19,527 nt of DNA. Origin: a virus. Under the pieces are notes generated by a model. The model searched no databases, was not told the DNA's origin, and worked only from the letters and a program-made list of their open reading frames with translations. The position numbers and the translations under genes are program-made. Each line of letters opens with the position of its first letter. Positions within the stretch are counted from its first letter, which is position 1. Location: the UHGV virus genome UHGV-0119084. One strand, 5' to 3'. Shown here one piece after another: positions 1 through 7,426 of this stretch.

Positions 1-870
1 CGCCTGGACGGCCACTTCTGAGAAAAGGTATTTACACAGAATCCTGAACAGGCTCATTATGGTTTCTCCGCCAAGAATCTCTTTGCATTTATCAAGTGTT
101 TCCTTCATTGATATCCCGAGAGCATCAACATGCAATGTTGTTGGGATGGCAATTTTTACGCCTGTTTTGCTTTGCTCGACATAAAGATATCCATCTACGA
201 TATCAGACCACTTCATTTCGCATAAATCACCAACTCGTTGCCCGGTAACAACAGCCAGTTCCATTGCAAGTCTGAGCCAACATGGTGATGATTCTGCTGC
301 TTGATAAATTTTCAGGTATTCGTCAGCCGTAAGTCTTGATCTCCTTACCTCTGATTTTGCTGCGCGAGTGGCAGCGACAGGGTTTGTTGTTATATGGCCT
401 TCAGCTATTGCCTCTCGGAATGCATCGCTCAGTGTTGATCTGATTAACTTGGCTGACGCCGCCTTGCCCTCGTCTATGTATCCATTGAGCATTGCCGCAA
501 TTTCTTTTGTGGTGATGTCTTCAAGTGGAGCATCAGGCAGCCCCCTCCTTATTGCTTTAATTTTGCTCATGTAATTTATGAGTGTCTTCTGCTTGATTCC
601 TCTGCTGGCCAGGATTTTTTCGTAGCGATCAAGCCATGAATGTAACGTAACGGAATTATCACTGTTGATTCTCGCTGTCAGAGGCTTGTGTTTGTGTCCT
701 GAAAATAACTCAATGTTGGCCTGTATGGCTTCAGTGATTGCGATTCGCCTGTCTCTGCCTAATCCAAACTCTTTACCCGTCCTTGGGTCCCTGTAGCAGT
801 AATATCCATTGTTTCTTATATAAAGGTTAGGGGGTAAATCCCGGCGCTCATGACTTCGCCTTCTTCCCAT
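1..870 (-). CDS. int: Lambda-type tyrosine integrase, partial (runs off the window start); the 3' portion below about position 55 diverges from the lambda Int sequence I recall
   Basis: Minus-strand translation from the ATG at 870 gives MGRRRSHERRDLPPNLYIRNNGYYCYRDPRTGKEFGLG... and continues through ...KEILGGETI, matching my recollection of lambda Int; after that it reads MSLFRILCKYLFSEVAVQA with no stop before the edge. The start overlaps the xis stop, as in lambda. Not in the ORF track because no stop codon lies inside the window. Confidence 0.85.
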   Translation of the reverse strand, partial: MGRRRSHERRDLPPNLYIRNNGYYCYRDPRTGKEFGLGRDRRIAITEAIQANIELFSGHKHKPLTARINSDNSVTLHSWLDRYEKILASRGIKQKTLINYMSKIKAIRRGLPDAPLEDITTKEIAAMLNGYIDEGKAASAKLIRSTLSDAFREAIAEGHITTNPVAATRAAKSEVRRSRLTADEYLKIYQAAESSPCWLRLAMELAVVTGQRVGDLCEMKWSDIVDGYLYVEQSKTGVKIAIPTTLHVDALGISMKETLDKCKEILGGETIMSLFRILCKYLFSEVAVQA

Positions 871-1066
871 TTCTGATCCTCTTCAAAAGGCTACCTGTTA
901 CTGGTCGATTTAAGTCAACCTTTACCGCTGATTCGTGGAACAGATATTCTCTTCCATCCTTAACCGGAGGAGGGAATATCCTGCATTCGCGCACCCATCG
1001 ACGAACTGTTTCAAGGCTTCTTGGGCGTCGCTGGCGAGCGTTCCACTCCTGAAGTGTCAAGTACAT
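848..1066 (-). CDS. xis: Excisionase Xis
   Basis: 72-aa ORF MYLTLQEWNARQRRPRSLETVRRWVRECRIFPPPVKDGREYLFHESAVKV... matches lambda Xis as recalled; overlaps the int start. Confidence 0.93.
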   Translation of the reverse strand: MYLTLQEWNARQRRPRSLETVRRWVRECRIFPPPVKDGREYLFHESAVKVDLNRPVTGSLLKRIRNGKKAKS

Positions 1067-1090
1067 CGCAAAGTCTCCGCAATTACACGC

Positions 1091-1113
1091 AAGAAAAAAC
1101 CGCCATCAGGCGG
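1091..1113 (-). terminator. Candidate intrinsic terminator (minus strand): CCGCC/GGCGG stem with a 4-nt loop, followed on the minus strand by a 6-U run
   Basis: Plus-strand sequence aaaaaaCCGCCatcaGGCGG; the reverse complement gives hairpin then UUUUUU. The stop codon of the 55-aa ORF sits in the loop. Confidence 0.45.
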
Positions 1114-1273
1114 CTTGGTGTTCTTTCAGTTCTTCAATTCGAATATTGGTTATGTCTGCATGTGCTATCTGCGCCCATATCATCCAGTGGTCGTAGCAGT
1201 CGTTGATGTTCTCCGCTTCGATAACTCTATTGAATGGCTCTCCATTCCATTCTCCTGTGACTCGGAAGTGCAT
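1106..1273 (-). CDS. Small hypothetical protein (55 aa), lambda b-region ORF between xis and ea8.5
   Basis: Hand translation of the minus strand from the ATG at 1273: MHFRVTGEWNGEPFNRVIEAENINDCYDHWMIWAQIAHADITNIRIEELKEHQAA. Below the ORF-track size cutoff. Its position matches the lambda xis/ea8.5 intergenic ORF. Confidence 0.6.
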   Translation of the reverse strand: MHFRVTGEWNGEPFNRVIEAENINDCYDHWMIWAQIAHADITNIRIEELKEHQAA

Positions 1274-1361
1274 TTATCATCTCCATAAAACAAAACCCGC
1301 CGTAGCGAGTTCAGATAAAATAAATCCCCGCGAGTGCGAGGATTGTTATGTAATATTGGGT

Positions 1362-1643
1362 TTAATCATCTATATGTTTTGTACAGAGAGGGCAAGTATC
1401 GTTTCCACCGTACTCGTGATAATAATTTTGCACGGTATCAGTCATTTCTCGCACATTGCAGAATGGGGATTTGTCTTCATTAGACTTATAAACCTTCATG
1501 GAATATTTGTATGCCGACTCTATATCTATACCTTCATCTACATAAACACCTTCGTGATGTCTGCATGGAGACAAGACACCGGATCTGCACAACATTGATA
1601 ACGCCCAATCTTTTTGCTCAGACTCTAACTCATTGATACTCAT
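1362..1643 (-). CDS. ea8.5: Ea8.5 protein (lambda b-region, function unknown)
   Basis: 93-aa ORF MSINELESEQKDWALSMLCRSGVLSPCRHHEGVYVDEG... with a Cys/His-rich C-terminus; same size and position as lambda Ea8.5. Confidence 0.8.
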   Translation of the reverse strand: MSINELESEQKDWALSMLCRSGVLSPCRHHEGVYVDEGIDIESAYKYSMKVYKSNEDKSPFCNVREMTDTVQNYYHEYGGNDTCPLCTKHIDD

Positions 1644-1834
1644 TTATAAACTCCTTGCAATGTATGTCGTTTCAGCTAAACGGTATCAGCAATGTTTATG
1701 TAAAGAAACAGTAAGATAATACTCAACCCGATGTTTGAGTACGGTCATCATCTGACACTACAGACTCTGGCATCGCTGTGAAGACGACGCGAAATTCAGC
1801 ATTTTCACAAGCGTTATCTTTTACAAAACCGATC

Positions 1835-2383
1835 TCACTCTCCTTTGATGCGAATGCCAGCGTCAGACATCATATGCAGATACTCACCTGCATCCTGAAC
1901 CCATTGACCTCCAACCCCGTAATAGCGATGCGTAATGATGTCGATAGTTACTAACGGGTCTTGTTCGATTAACTGCCGCAGAAACTCTTCCAGGTCACCA
2001 GTGCAGTGCTTGATAACAGGAGTCTTCCCAGGATGGCGAACAACAAGAAACTGGTTTCCGTCTTCACGGACTTCGTTGCTTTCCAGTTTAGCAATACGCT
2101 TACTCCCATCCGAGATAACACCTTCGTAATACTCACGCTGCTCGTTGAGTTTTGATTTTGCTGTTTCAAGCTCAACACGCAGTTTCCCTACTGTTAGCGC
2201 AATATCCTCGTTCTCCTGGTCGCGGCGTTTGATGTATTGCTGGTTTCTTTCCCGTTCATCCAGCAGTTCCAGCACAATCGATGGTGTTACCAATTCATGG
2301 AAAAGGTCTGCGTCAAATCCCCAGTCGTCATGCATTGCCTGCTCTGCCGCTTCACGCAGTGCCTGAGAGTTAATTTCGCTCAC
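1835..2383 (-). CDS. ea22: Ea22 protein (lambda early-left operon)
   Basis: 182-aa ORF MSEINSQALREAAEQAMHDDWGFDADLFHELV... with a central coiled-coil segment; matches lambda Ea22 as recalled. Confidence 0.85.
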   Translation of the reverse strand: MSEINSQALREAAEQAMHDDWGFDADLFHELVTPSIVLELLDERERNQQYIKRRDQENEDIALTVGKLRVELETAKSKLNEQREYYEGVISDGSKRIAKLESNEVREDGNQFLVVRHPGKTPVIKHCTGDLEEFLRQLIEQDPLVTIDIITHRYYGVGGQWVQDAGEYLHMMSDAGIRIKGE

Positions 2384-2601
2384 TTCGAACCTCTCTGTTT
2401 ACTGATAAGTTCCAGATCCTCCTGGCAACTTGCACAAGTCCGACAACCCTGAACGGCCAAGCGTCTTCGTTCATCTATCGGATCGCCACACTCACAACAA
2501 TGAGTGGCAGATATAGCCTGGTGGTTCAGGCGGCGCATTTTTATTGCTGTGTTGCGCTGTAATTCTTCAATTTCTGATGCTGAATCAATGATGTCTGCCA
2601 T
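2380..2601 (-). CDS. TraR/DksA-family C4 zinc-finger protein (lambda orf73-like)
   Basis: 73-aa ORF with a CCECG...CRTCASC four-cysteine motif in the C-terminal half; overlaps the ea22 start by 4 nt. Confidence 0.75.
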   Translation of the reverse strand: MADIIDSASEIEELQRNTAIKMRRLNHQAISATHCCECGDPIDERRRLAVQGCRTCASCQEDLELISKQRGSK

Positions 2602-2650
2602 CTTTCATTAATCCCTGAATTGTTGGTTAATACGCTTGAGGGTGAATGCG

Positions 2651-2677
2651 AATAATAAAAAAGGAGCCTGTAGCTCC
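2651..2677 (-). terminator. Candidate intrinsic terminator (minus strand)
   Basis: GGAGC-ctgta-GCTCC hairpin; on the minus strand it is followed by a run of U (plus-strand A-run at 2655..2662). Lies just downstream of the 2700..2981 ORF. Confidence 0.45.
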
Positions 2678-2699
2678 ATGATGATTTTGTTTTTCATGC

Positions 2700-2981
2700 T
2701 CACCGTTCCTTAAAGACGCCGTTTAACATGCCGATCGCCAGGCTTAAATGAGTCGGTGTGAATCCCATCAGCGTTACCGTTTCGCGGTGCTTCTTCAGTA
2801 CGCTACGGCAAATGTCATCGACGTTTTTATCCGGAAACTGCTGTCTGGCTTTTTTGATTTCAGAATTAGCCTGACGGGCAATACTGCGAAGGGCGTTTTC
2901 TTGCTGATGTGTCATTGAACAAGTCCCATGTCGGCAAGCATAAGCACACAGAATATGAAGCCCGCTGCCAGAAAAATGCAT
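2700..2981 (-). CDS. Hypothetical small protein (b-region); true start uncertain, an internal ATG at 2915 would give 71 aa
   Basis: ORF-track 93-aa frame; basic C-terminal half; co-directional with the lambda-like orf63/orf60a neighbours. No family recognised. Confidence 0.4.
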   Translation of the reverse strand: MHFSGSGLHILCAYACRHGTCSMTHQQENALRSIARQANSEIKKARQQFPDKNVDDICRSVLKKHRETVTLMGFTPTHLSLAIGMLNGVFKER

Positions 2982-2991
2982 TCAGTGGTTG

Positions 2992-3183
2992 TCATACCTG
3001 GTCTCTCTCATCTGCTTCTGCTTTCGCCACCATCATTTCCAGCTTTTGTGAAAGGGATGCGGCTAACGTATGAAATTCTTCGTCTGTTTCTACTGGTATT
3101 GGCACAAACCTGACTCCAATTTGAGCGAGGCTATGTGCCATCTCAATGCTCGTTCTTAACTCAACAGGAGATGCTTTGTGCAT
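2992..3183 (-). CDS. Lambda orf63-like small protein
   Basis: 63-aa [66 protein letters not shown]; position and size match lambda orf63. Confidence 0.7.
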   Translation of the reverse strand: MHKASPVELRTSIEMAHSLAQIGVRFVPIPVETDEEFHTLAASLSQKLEMMVAKAEADERDQV

Positions 3184-3338
3184 ACAGCTCCCCGTTTATT
3201 ATTTATCTCCTCAGCCAGCCGCTGTGCTTTCAGGGGATTTCGGGTAACAGAAAGGCCGGGAAATACCCAGCCTCGCTTTGTAACGGAGTAGACGAAAGTG
3301 ATCGCACCTACCCGGATATTATCGTGAGGATGCTTCAT
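3156..3338 (-). CDS. Lambda orf60a-like small protein
   Basis: [31 protein letters not shown]... (60 aa from the internal Met of the ORF-track frame); 4-nt overlap with the exo start as in lambda. Confidence 0.7.
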   Translation of the reverse strand: MKHPHDNIRVGAITFVYSVTKRGWVFPGLSVTRNPLKAQRLAEEINNKRGAVCTKHLLLS

Positions 3339-4015
3339 CGCCATTGTTCCCCAAATACAAAACCAATTTCAGCCAGTGCCTCGTCCATTTTTTCGATGAA
3401 CTCCGGCACCATCTCGTCAAAACTCGCCATGTAATTTTCATCCCGCTCAACCACGACATAATGCAGGCCTTCACGCTTCATTCGTGGGTCATAGTTGGCA
3501 AAGTACCAGGCATCTTTTCGTGTCACCCACATGCTGTACTGCACCTGGGCCATGTAAGCCGACTTTATGGCCTCGAAACCACCGAGCCGGAACTTCATGA
3601 AATCCCGGGAGGTAAACGGGCATTTCAGCTCAAGGCCGTTGCCGTCACTGCATAAACCATCGGGAGAGCAGGCGGTGCGCATACTTTCGTCGCGATAGAT
3701 GATCGGGGATTCAGTAACATTCACGCCGGAAGTAAACTCAAACAGGGCTCTGGCGTCATTCTCGTACTGTTTTCCCCAGGCCAGCGCCTTAGCGTTAACT
3801 TCCGGAGCCACACCGGTGCAAATCTCAGCCAGCAGGGTGTGAAAGTAGGACATTTTCATGTCAGGCCACTTTTTACCGGAGCGGGGTTTTGCTATCACAT
3901 TGTGAACTTCTGAAGCCGTGATGACGCCGAGTCGTAATTTGTTCCACGCATCATCTCCCTGTTCGACAGCTCTCACGTCGATCCCGGTACGCTGCAGGAT
4001 AATGTCCGGTGTCAT
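3335..4015 (-). CDS. exo: Lambda exonuclease (Red alpha), 5'-3' dsDNA exonuclease
   Basis: 226-aa [67 protein letters not shown]...; near-identical to lambda Exo as recalled, same length. Confidence 0.97.
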   Translation of the reverse strand: MTPDIILQRTGIDVRAVEQGDDAWNKLRLGVITASEVHNVIAKPRSGKKWPDMKMSYFHTLLAEICTGVAPEVNAKALAWGKQYENDARALFEFTSGVNVTESPIIYRDESMRTACSPDGLCSDGNGLELKCPFTSRDFMKFRLGGFEAIKSAYMAQVQYSMWVTRKDAWYFANYDPRMKREGLHYVVVERDENYMASFDEMVPEFIEKMDEALAEIGFVFGEQWR

Positions 4016-4797
4016 GCAGCCACCTTCTGCTCAGAGGCTTTCTGTTTCAGGAATCCAAGAGCTTTCACTGCTTCGGCCTGTGTCAGTTCTGACGATGCGC
4101 GAATGTCGCGGCGAAATATCTGGGAACAGAGCGGCAATAAGTCGTCATCCCATGTTTTATCCAGGGCAATCAGCAGAGTGTTAATCTCCTGCATGGTTTC
4201 ATCGTTAACCGGAGTGATGTCGCGTTCCGGCTGACGTTCTGCAGTGTATGCGGTATTTTCGACAATGCGCTCGGCTTCATCCTTGTCATAGATACCAGCA
4301 AATCCGAAGGCCAGACGGGCACACTGAATCATGGCTTTATGACGTAACATCCGTTTGGGATGCGACTGCCACGGCCCCGTGATTTCTCTGCCTTCGCGGG
4401 TTTTGAATGGTTCGCGGCGGCATTCATCCATCCACTCGGTAACGCAGATCGGATGATTACGGTCCTTGCGGTAAATCCGGCATGTGCAGGATTCATTGTC
4501 CTGCTCAAAGTCCATGCCATCAAACTGCTGGTTTTCATTGATGATACGGGACCAGCCATCAACGCCCACCACCGGAACGATGCCGTTCTGCTTATCAGGG
4601 AAGGCGTAAATTTCTTTCGTCCACGGATTAAGGCCGTACTGGTTGGCGACGATCAACAATGCGATGAACTGCGCATCGCTGGCATCACCTTTAAATGCCG
4701 TCTGGCGAAGAGTGGTGATCAGTTCCTGTGGGTCGACAGAATCCATGCCGACACGTTCAGCCAGCTTCCCTGCCAGCGTTGCGAGTGCTGTACTCAT
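4012..4797 (-). CDS. bet: Red beta single-strand annealing protein
   Basis: 261-aa [71 protein letters not shown]...; matches lambda Bet, 4-nt overlap with exo. Confidence 0.97.
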   Translation of the reverse strand: MSTALATLAGKLAERVGMDSVDPQELITTLRQTAFKGDASDAQFIALLIVANQYGLNPWTKEIYAFPDKQNGIVPVVGVDGWSRIINENQQFDGMDFEQDNESCTCRIYRKDRNHPICVTEWMDECRREPFKTREGREITGPWQSHPKRMLRHKAMIQCARLAFGFAGIYDKDEAERIVENTAYTAERQPERDITPVNDETMQEINTLLIALDKTWDDDLLPLCSQIFRRDIRASSELTQAEAVKALGFLKQKASEQKVAA

Positions 4798-4802
4798 CCG
4801 TT

Positions 4803-5099
4803 TTATACCTCTGAATCAATATCAAACTGGTGGTGAGCAATGATTTCAACCATGTACCGGATGTGTTCTGCCATGCGCTCCTGAAACTCAACATCGTCAT
4901 CAAACGCACGGGTAATGGCTTTTTTGCTGGCCCCGTGGCGTTGCAAATGATCGATGCATAGCGATTCAAACAGGTGCTGGGGCAGGCCTTTTTCCATGTC
5001 GTCTGCCAGTTCTGCCTCTTTCTCTTCACGGGCGATCTGCTGGTAGTGACGCGCCCAGCTCTGAGCCTCAAGACGATCCTGAATGTAATAAGCGTTCAT
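4803..5099 (-). CDS. gam: Gam, host RecBCD inhibitor; only the short (GamS-equivalent, 98 aa) form is encodable
   Basis: 98-aa [63 protein letters not shown]... The upstream in-frame sequence still encodes [25 protein letters not shown], resembling the lambda GamL N-terminal extension, but runs directly into the stop codon of the upstream gene with no start codon. Confidence 0.93.
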   Translation of the reverse strand: MNAYYIQDRLEAQSWARHYQQIAREEKEAELADDMEKGLPQHLFESLCIDHLQRHGASKKAITRAFDDDVEFQERMAEHIRYMVEIIAHHQFDIDSEV

Positions 5100-5174
5100 G
5101 GCTGAACTCCTGAAATAGCTGTGAAAATATCGTCCGCGAAATGCCAGGCTGATTAGGAAAACAGGAAAGGGGGG

Positions 5175-5381
5175 TTAGTGATTCAGGCCGTTACCGCGTC
5201 CGTCGAGAAAAACTTCCACGAGCAAATCACGGGTATAAGTGCGCTCGATGCCGCGATGCAGATAAAGCCGTCCGCGTAAATTAGCTGATGCAGTCCAGGT
5301 ACCATCTTTGTGTTTGACCAGCATTCCTGGCATGACCGCACCTCGATTAACGGTCTGCGTTCCGTAATGTTGATGAACCAT
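5175..5381 (-). CDS. KilR-like cell-division inhibitor homolog (Rac KilR family); the ORF-track frame extends to 5465 but the internal ATG at 5381 has a strong RBS
   Basis: MVHQHYGTQTVNRGAVMPGMLVKHKDGTWTASANLRGRLYLHRGIERTYTRDLLVEVFLDGRG aligns by eye with Rac KilR as recalled (MIAHHFGTD...YIASANNIKKRKLYIRNL...TDRMIKVYLGRDG). A GGAG lies 6 nt upstream of the ATG at 5381. Sits in the kil position upstream of gam. Confidence 0.55.
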   Translation of the reverse strand: MVHQHYGTQTVNRGAVMPGMLVKHKDGTWTASANLRGRLYLHRGIERTYTRDLLVEVFLDGRGNGLNH

Positions 5382-5658
5382 AAAAACTCCTGCCCGTAAG
5401 CTGGGCTGCTGAACATATAAAGACTTCTGCGCGTATTCAGGCGGTGGATGGCCGCCGGTTGTCATAACTAAGTCGCCTCGTTGAAGCGACTAAGGTATGA
5501 AATGTTGAGTTAATTTCAGCTGGTCACACCGACGTTCACGCGTCCGTTTCACCCCTCGCACTCCCCGGAGCCTGCTGAAATTCAAGCTGCGGATCTAAGC
5601 GGTCATCGCAACGGTGAATCAGGTGATTGCCGTATCGTTGTGTTGTTGCGATGAATTC

Positions 5659-5687
5659 ATTTAAAACTATAGTTGTTTTATCGTCAA
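5659..5687 (-). promoter_or_regulatory. Candidate pL promoter with embedded operator half-sites
   Basis: On the minus strand: TTGACG (-35, plus 5682..5687), 17-nt spacer, TTAAAT (-10, plus 5659..5664). Nearly the same layout and spacer sequence as the pR candidate (TTGACT-aaaaacaaccatagttt-TAATCT). The flanking 5635..5740 is dense in GTTGTT/AACAAC motifs, including the palindrome AACAACaaaaGTTGTT. Confidence 0.5.
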
Positions 5688-5833
5688 CAACAAAAGTTGT
5701 TTTATTGGTTGTTTTAGATATAACTGGTTGTATTTAAGATGGATTTATTTTGTGACTTGCATCGCATAGCGATAACTGAAGCGAGGTCGTGGTGGTTTTT
5801 TGAACGGTTTGTGTGATGAGGGGAGGCAAAAGA

Positions 5834-5857
5834 AAACCCGGCACTGGGGCCGGGTTT
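5834..5857 (-). terminator. Intrinsic terminator ending the cI/gene A/gene B leftward unit (analogous to the lambda immunity-region terminator)
   Basis: Perfect 9-bp inverted repeat AAACCCGGC-actggg-GCCGGGTTT; on the minus strand the stem is followed by UUUUCUUUUG. Lies 76 bp downstream of the gene B stop and upstream of the pL candidate. Confidence 0.65.
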
Positions 5858-5932
5858 AGATGGATAAGAAAGGGTAATAGGGAATGAAAAATCGCTTTGC
5901 GTAATGCAAGGTGGCGAGCAGTTTCTTAAGCA

Positions 5933-6373
5933 CTAAAGAAAAAAGTACATTGATAGCTTATAAAGACCTGTTCCTGCAGCGATGATTGCTGGAACACCAA
6001 GCAATACCGCAAGCTTTGCGTCTGAAATCTTTCTATCGACAGCATCGATGGAGGGTTTTTTGGCTAGTGAATCTTTTATTGAATCGAGTCGCTCCAGAAC
6101 AGCGATCATGTTTCTGTCGATAGATTTGACATCTGTCTTAAGCTCATCAACGTCACGTCGGATATAGGACACATCAGACTCAAGCTTTGCAACTTTCGAT
6201 TCAAGCACATTATTACTCCCAGAGCCACCGCTACCACTTGATTGTAGCATAGGTACATTACCGCCAGACATACCAGCTGATTGAGAAAATGCTGCAGTGT
6301 GCAAAGATGATGATCTTGCCGCTTGTTCAAGCTTTTCAGTTAGGTTTGGAGCTTCGTAATAACCGTGTTTCAT
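5933..6373 (-). CDS. Uncharacterised tail-anchored membrane protein (146 aa): Gly/Ser-rich N-terminal region, central coiled coil, single C-terminal transmembrane helix; gene B of the rex-slot cassette
   Basis: ORF MKHGYYEAPNLTEKLEQAARSSSLHTAAFSQSAGMSGGNVPMLQSSGSGGSGSNNVLESKVAKLESDVSYIRRDVDELKTDVKSIDRNMIAVLERLDSIKDSLAKKPSIDAVDRKISDAKLAVLLGVPAIIAAGTGLYKLSMYFFL. The heptad-like segment LESKVAKLESDV...LERLDSIKDSL and the hydrophobic stretch AVLLGVPAIIAAGTGLY are visible directly. AT-rich by eye relative to the flanking lambda-like DNA. Starts 8 bp after gene A. Confidence 0.6.
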   Translation of the reverse strand: MKHGYYEAPNLTEKLEQAARSSSLHTAAFSQSAGMSGGNVPMLQSSGSGGSGSNNVLESKVAKLESDVSYIRRDVDELKTDVKSIDRNMIAVLERLDSIKDSLAKKPSIDAVDRKISDAKLAVLLGVPAIIAAGTGLYKLSMYFFL

Positions 6374-6381
6374 TGTTAATA

Positions 6382-6651
6382 TTATGACTTATTGGTTTTA
6401 GCTCTATCATGCTGATCGCGAATAAAGTCAGCGAGTTTAAGCATTAAATCTTCCGTCATGCGAATTGTTGCAATGTTGTACTTTACGTTTTCAGTGTCAT
6501 TACTACCATCAGCGCCCCATTCTGTAACATGCTGAAAGAAAGATATGGAGCCTAAGCGATCGTCATCTTCCCCAAAAGATGAATATCCAAATGCATCAGC
6601 ATATGCATCTACACAGTTATTTGATTTTTTTATAAGTTTTTTATCACTCAT
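6382..6651 (-). CDS. Uncharacterised small acidic protein (89 aa); gene A of the rex-slot cassette
   Basis: ORF MSDKKLIKKSNNCVDAYADAFGYSSFGEDDDRLGSISFFQHVTEWGADGSNDTENVKYNIATIRMTEDLMLKLADFIRDQHDRAKTNKS. An RBS-like GGAAAGG lies about 6 nt upstream of the ATG; Asp-rich; C-terminal predicted strand-helix (IATIRM then TEDLMLKLADFIRDQ). AT-rich. No family recognised. Confidence 0.55.
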   Translation of the reverse strand: MSDKKLIKKSNNCVDAYADAFGYSSFGEDDDRLGSISFFQHVTEWGADGSNDTENVKYNIATIRMTEDLMLKLADFIRDQHDRAKTNKS

Positions 6652-6730
6652 TTTTGCCTTTCCCGTAATGTTATTTTTATAAAGAATTCTTTCAGCGCAT
6701 TACCCAAAAGCCTCATCAGCACGCAGCTGA

Positions 6731-7420
6731 TTATCCGTGTTTCCTATACGTCTGCGGCATACTGCCAATAACCTTCCCGAAAATGAACACCCGGTTCATC
6801 TCGTCTTTCTCGATCGGGTCCCACGGTGAGTAGCTCTTGTTATCAGAGATAACCAGTAGCTTATCTTTCATCATTTGCAGGCGCTTTACATGGGCTGTGT
6901 CGTCGTACAGAAACGCATAGATACCATCACCGTCGAAAGATTTAACCGTGATATCAACGAACAGCAGATCACCTGGTTCGATCGTTCCTGACATGCTGTC
7001 ACCACGCACGTTAATGATGCGGATATTTTCCGCCTTCCTGCCATCGAACATGTGACGAGCATCGTCAAACGAGTACTCAACCGAGCGTAGAACTTCTACA
7101 AATTCACGGTTGATGACTCCCGGCCCGGCACTCACTTCTATATCAAGAACGTCAATCTTAAAGTATTTGGAATGGCTGACAGTTGATTGTATTGGTTGCA
7201 CTGTACTGTCTGACATATTTCCAACGCCAGAAGATAACCATTCTGCGCGCACACCCAAAGCGTTCGCGATCTCCACGATTTTAGTTGTTTGGTTAGCTTT
7301 CCCTGTTTCGATTTTCTGAATAGCAGCTTGGCTAACCCCGACCAAATCCCCAAGCGCCTTTTGTGTAAGGCCTCGCGCTAATCTGGCTTCTTTAAGTCTT
7401 TCTGAGAGTGTTGTTTTCAT
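6731..7420 (-). CDS. cI: CI-type prophage repressor: N-terminal HTH (Cro/C1 type) plus C-terminal S24/LexA-like autopeptidase domain
   Basis: MKTTLSERLKEARLARGLTQKALGDLVGVSQAAIQKIETGKA... followed by GDSMSGTIEPGDLLFVD (Ser) and AHVKRLQ (Lys), the S24 catalytic dyad context. I place the start at the ATG at 7420 (229 aa) because the ORF-track 251-aa frame reads through the promoter region. Confidence 0.85.
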   Translation of the reverse strand: MKTTLSERLKEARLARGLTQKALGDLVGVSQAAIQKIETGKANQTTKIVEIANALGVRAEWLSSGVGNMSDSTVQPIQSTVSHSKYFKIDVLDIEVSAGPGVINREFVEVLRSVEYSFDDARHMFDGRKAENIRIINVRGDSMSGTIEPGDLLFVDITVKSFDGDGIYAFLYDDTAHVKRLQMMKDKLLVISDNKSYSPWDPIEKDEMNRVFIFGKVIGSMPQTYRKHG

Positions 7421-7426
7421 AGTCCA

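Noticed and set aside
1-60. Tried to assign the divergent left-edge sequence to a specific IS element by its terminal sequence
   Set aside because: I could not match the roughly 55 visible bases to any IS end I can recall, and the window is too short; left as an unexplained junction.
368-574. Plus-strand 68-aa ORF
   Set aside because: Entirely inside the integrase coding region on the opposite strand; low-complexity hydrophobic translation; shadow ORF.
935-1598. Plus-strand ORFs 935..1288, 1021..1206 and 1203..1598 from the ORF track
   Set aside because: They lie antisense to the well-supported xis, 55-aa ORF and ea8.5 genes, have no RBS context and no recognisable domains; treated as shadow ORFs.
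4329-5071. ORFs 4329..4562 (-), 4360..4836 (+), 4643..4843 (+) and 4757..5071 (-)
   Set aside because: All overlap bet or gam in alternative frames or on the opposite strand; the bet and gam frames match known proteins, so these are spurious.
5175-5465. Long 96-aa form of the KilR-like ORF, and a second overlapping frame 5183..5416
   Set aside because: The N-terminal 28 codons have no RBS and no similarity to KilR, whereas the internal ATG at 5381 has a strong GGAG and aligns with the KilR N-terminus; 5183..5416 is an alternative-frame artefact.
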